From contig JAYENL010000236.1 in assembly GCA_034722055.1 (NCBI GenBank), positions 1 through 25,500 on the forward strand: a DNA stretch of 25,500 nucleotides, read 5' to 3'. Positions within the stretch are counted from its first letter, which is position 1. The number at the start of each line of letters is the position of its first letter. The stretch is from Armatimonadota bacterium. Its GTDB lineage: Bacteria > Armatimonadota > Zipacnadia > Zipacnadales > UBA5352. Of this stretch, positions 24,309 through 25,500 are shown piece by piece. Under the pieces are notes generated by a model. That model was given only the letters and a program-made list of their open reading frames with translations, had not been told where the DNA came from and made no database searches. A program made the position numbers and the translations under genes.

Positions 24309-25325
24309 ATGAGGGTGCTTGCCACGCTGTGCGTGCTGATGAGCCTCGGCGCAAGCTGCGGCGGTGGGGGAGGGGCGCCGGCCACGCCCGTGCAGCCGAT
24401 AGCTCCAGCCCCTCCACAGAGTCAGCGCCCCACCTTCGATGCGCAGCGGGCCTTCGACGACCTCCAGGCGCAGGTAGACTTCGGCCCGCGTGTGCCCGGC
24501 AGCCCGGCCCACGAGCAGTGCGGGCAGTTCCTGCGCGACAGGCTGGCGGACGCGGGCGCCCGGGTGGTGGCGCACGAGTTCACCTCCGCCATCGCCCTCT
24601 CGGACGAGCAGTTCGACTTCACGAACCTGCTCGGTGTCTTCGCGGAGGGCGCGGACGGCGACGTCCTGCTGCTGGGTGCGCACTGGGACAGCCGGGCGGT
24701 GGCGGATCGCGACCCCGACCCCGATCTCCGCGACGAGCCGGTGCCCGCCGCCAACGACGCCGCCTCGGGCGTGGCGCTGCTGCTCGAGATAGCGCGGGCC
24801 TTCGCGCAAGCCCCGCCGCCCCGCCCGGTCGTGGTGGCCTTCTTCGACGCCGAGGATCAGGGATCGTCGTCCTCGCAGTTGCCGCACGATGGCTGGATTC
24901 TGGGATCCCAGCGGCTGGTGGACGAGTGGCCGGACGACGTCCCCTGGCCTGACGAGATGATCCTGGTGGACATGGTCGCCGGCGACAACGAGCACAACGA
25001 ACGCGTCGGCACCCCCCAGTTCGCCAATGACCACTTCGACCTGCCCATCGAGGTCAATTCGCTGGAGCGGGCGCCGGACCTGGTGGATCGCATCTGGACG
25101 ATCGCCGAACGTCTCGGCCACAGCGCCTTTGAGCGCACCAGCGGGTACCGGGTGGTGGACGACCACATTCCGTTCCTGGATGCAGGCGTGCCGGCCGTGG
25201 ATATCATCGAGTTCGTGCCCCCGGAGTGGCACACCGTGGATGACACGCCGGAGCACTGTGCGCCGGACTCGCTGCATCAGGTGGGGGAGACGCTCCTGGA
25301 GTTCATCTACGCCGAGCAGCGCTGA
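24309..25325 (+). CDS. M28 family Zn peptidase / glutaminyl cyclase-like lipoprotein
   Basis: Lipoprotein signal MRVLATLCVLMSLGAS-C, followed by GPRVPGSPAH, GAHWDSR, ANDAASGV, FFDAEDQG, VDMV, DDHIPF and WHTVDDT. Confidence 0.9.
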   Translation: MRVLATLCVLMSLGASCGGGGGAPATPVQPIAPAPPQSQRPTFDAQRAFDDLQAQVDFGPRVPGSPAHEQCGQFLRDRLADAGARVVAHEFTSAIALSDEQFDFTNLLGVFAEGADGDVLLLGAHWDSRAVADRDPDPDLRDEPVPAANDAASGVALLLEIARAFAQAPPPRPVVVAFFDAEDQGSSSSQLPHDGWILGSQRLVDEWPDDVPWPDEMILVDMVAGDNEHNERVGTPQFANDHFDLPIEVNSLERAPDLVDRIWTIAERLGHSAFERTSGYRVVDDHIPFLDAGVPAVDIIEFVPPEWHTVDDTPEHCAPDSLHQVGETLLEFIYAEQR

Positions 25326-25357
25326 GCGCCGTGAGCCGAGTCTCGTAGCCGTCGTCT

Positions 25358-25499
25358 TTCCGTGGCACGGACGCTGCTCCGTGCGTTGTTGCGGGTGTTG
25401 TTGTGGTTCCGTGGCACGGACACTCCTGTCCGTGCGCCGTGCCTTTGTCGTGTGCCGGTATGGGGTTCCGTAGCATGGACACTCCTCTGCGTGCGCCGT
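25358..25499 (+). repeat. Three tandem GTRG-footed REP-like palindromes (may continue past the window end)
   Basis: Copies of TTCCGTRGCAYGGACACTCCTGTCCGTGCG start at 25358, 25407 and 25466. The stem GCACGGAC/GTCCGTGC is perfect in copy 2. Confidence 0.75.
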
Positions 25500-25500
25500 T

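Noticed and set aside
25358..25499. CRISPR array call
   Set aside because: There are only three non-identical repeats with unequal periods (49 and 59 nt), short biased spacers, a REP-type GTRG foot, and no cas genes in the window.

Overview
High-GC bacterial chromosomal window. The gene content is compatible with Armatimonadota or a similar lineage, but this is inference only. The left part is accessory: a CPBP/CAAX intramembrane protease, two overlapping amidohydrolases (the second lacks its metal ligands), a convergent orphan SPPY-type DNA methyltransferase, a membrane-anchored protein with two Roadblock/LC7(MglB)-like domains, a 58-aa four-cysteine protein missing from the ORF track, and rpe. 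The core is a division and cell wall (dcw) cluster, mraZ-rsmH-ftsL-ftsI-murE-murF-mraY-murD-ftsW-murG-murC-ftsQ-ftsA, with no murB, ddl or ftsZ. It has a near-consensus sigma70 promoter overlapped by 10-nt-phased MraZ boxes, plus an inverted copy of those boxes about 270 bp upstream. After ftsA come an orphan double-zinc-finger anti-sigma factor with an ECF-type promoter and an M28 glutaminyl-cyclase-like lipoprotein. The most notable oddities are an RsmH with systematically rewritten motifs followed by a 186-nt element closed by a perfect 15-bp inverted repeat, the Roadblock plus small Cys-protein module, the missing ftsZ, and several distinct REP-like hairpin families. All calls come from reading motifs by eye; no database searches were run.
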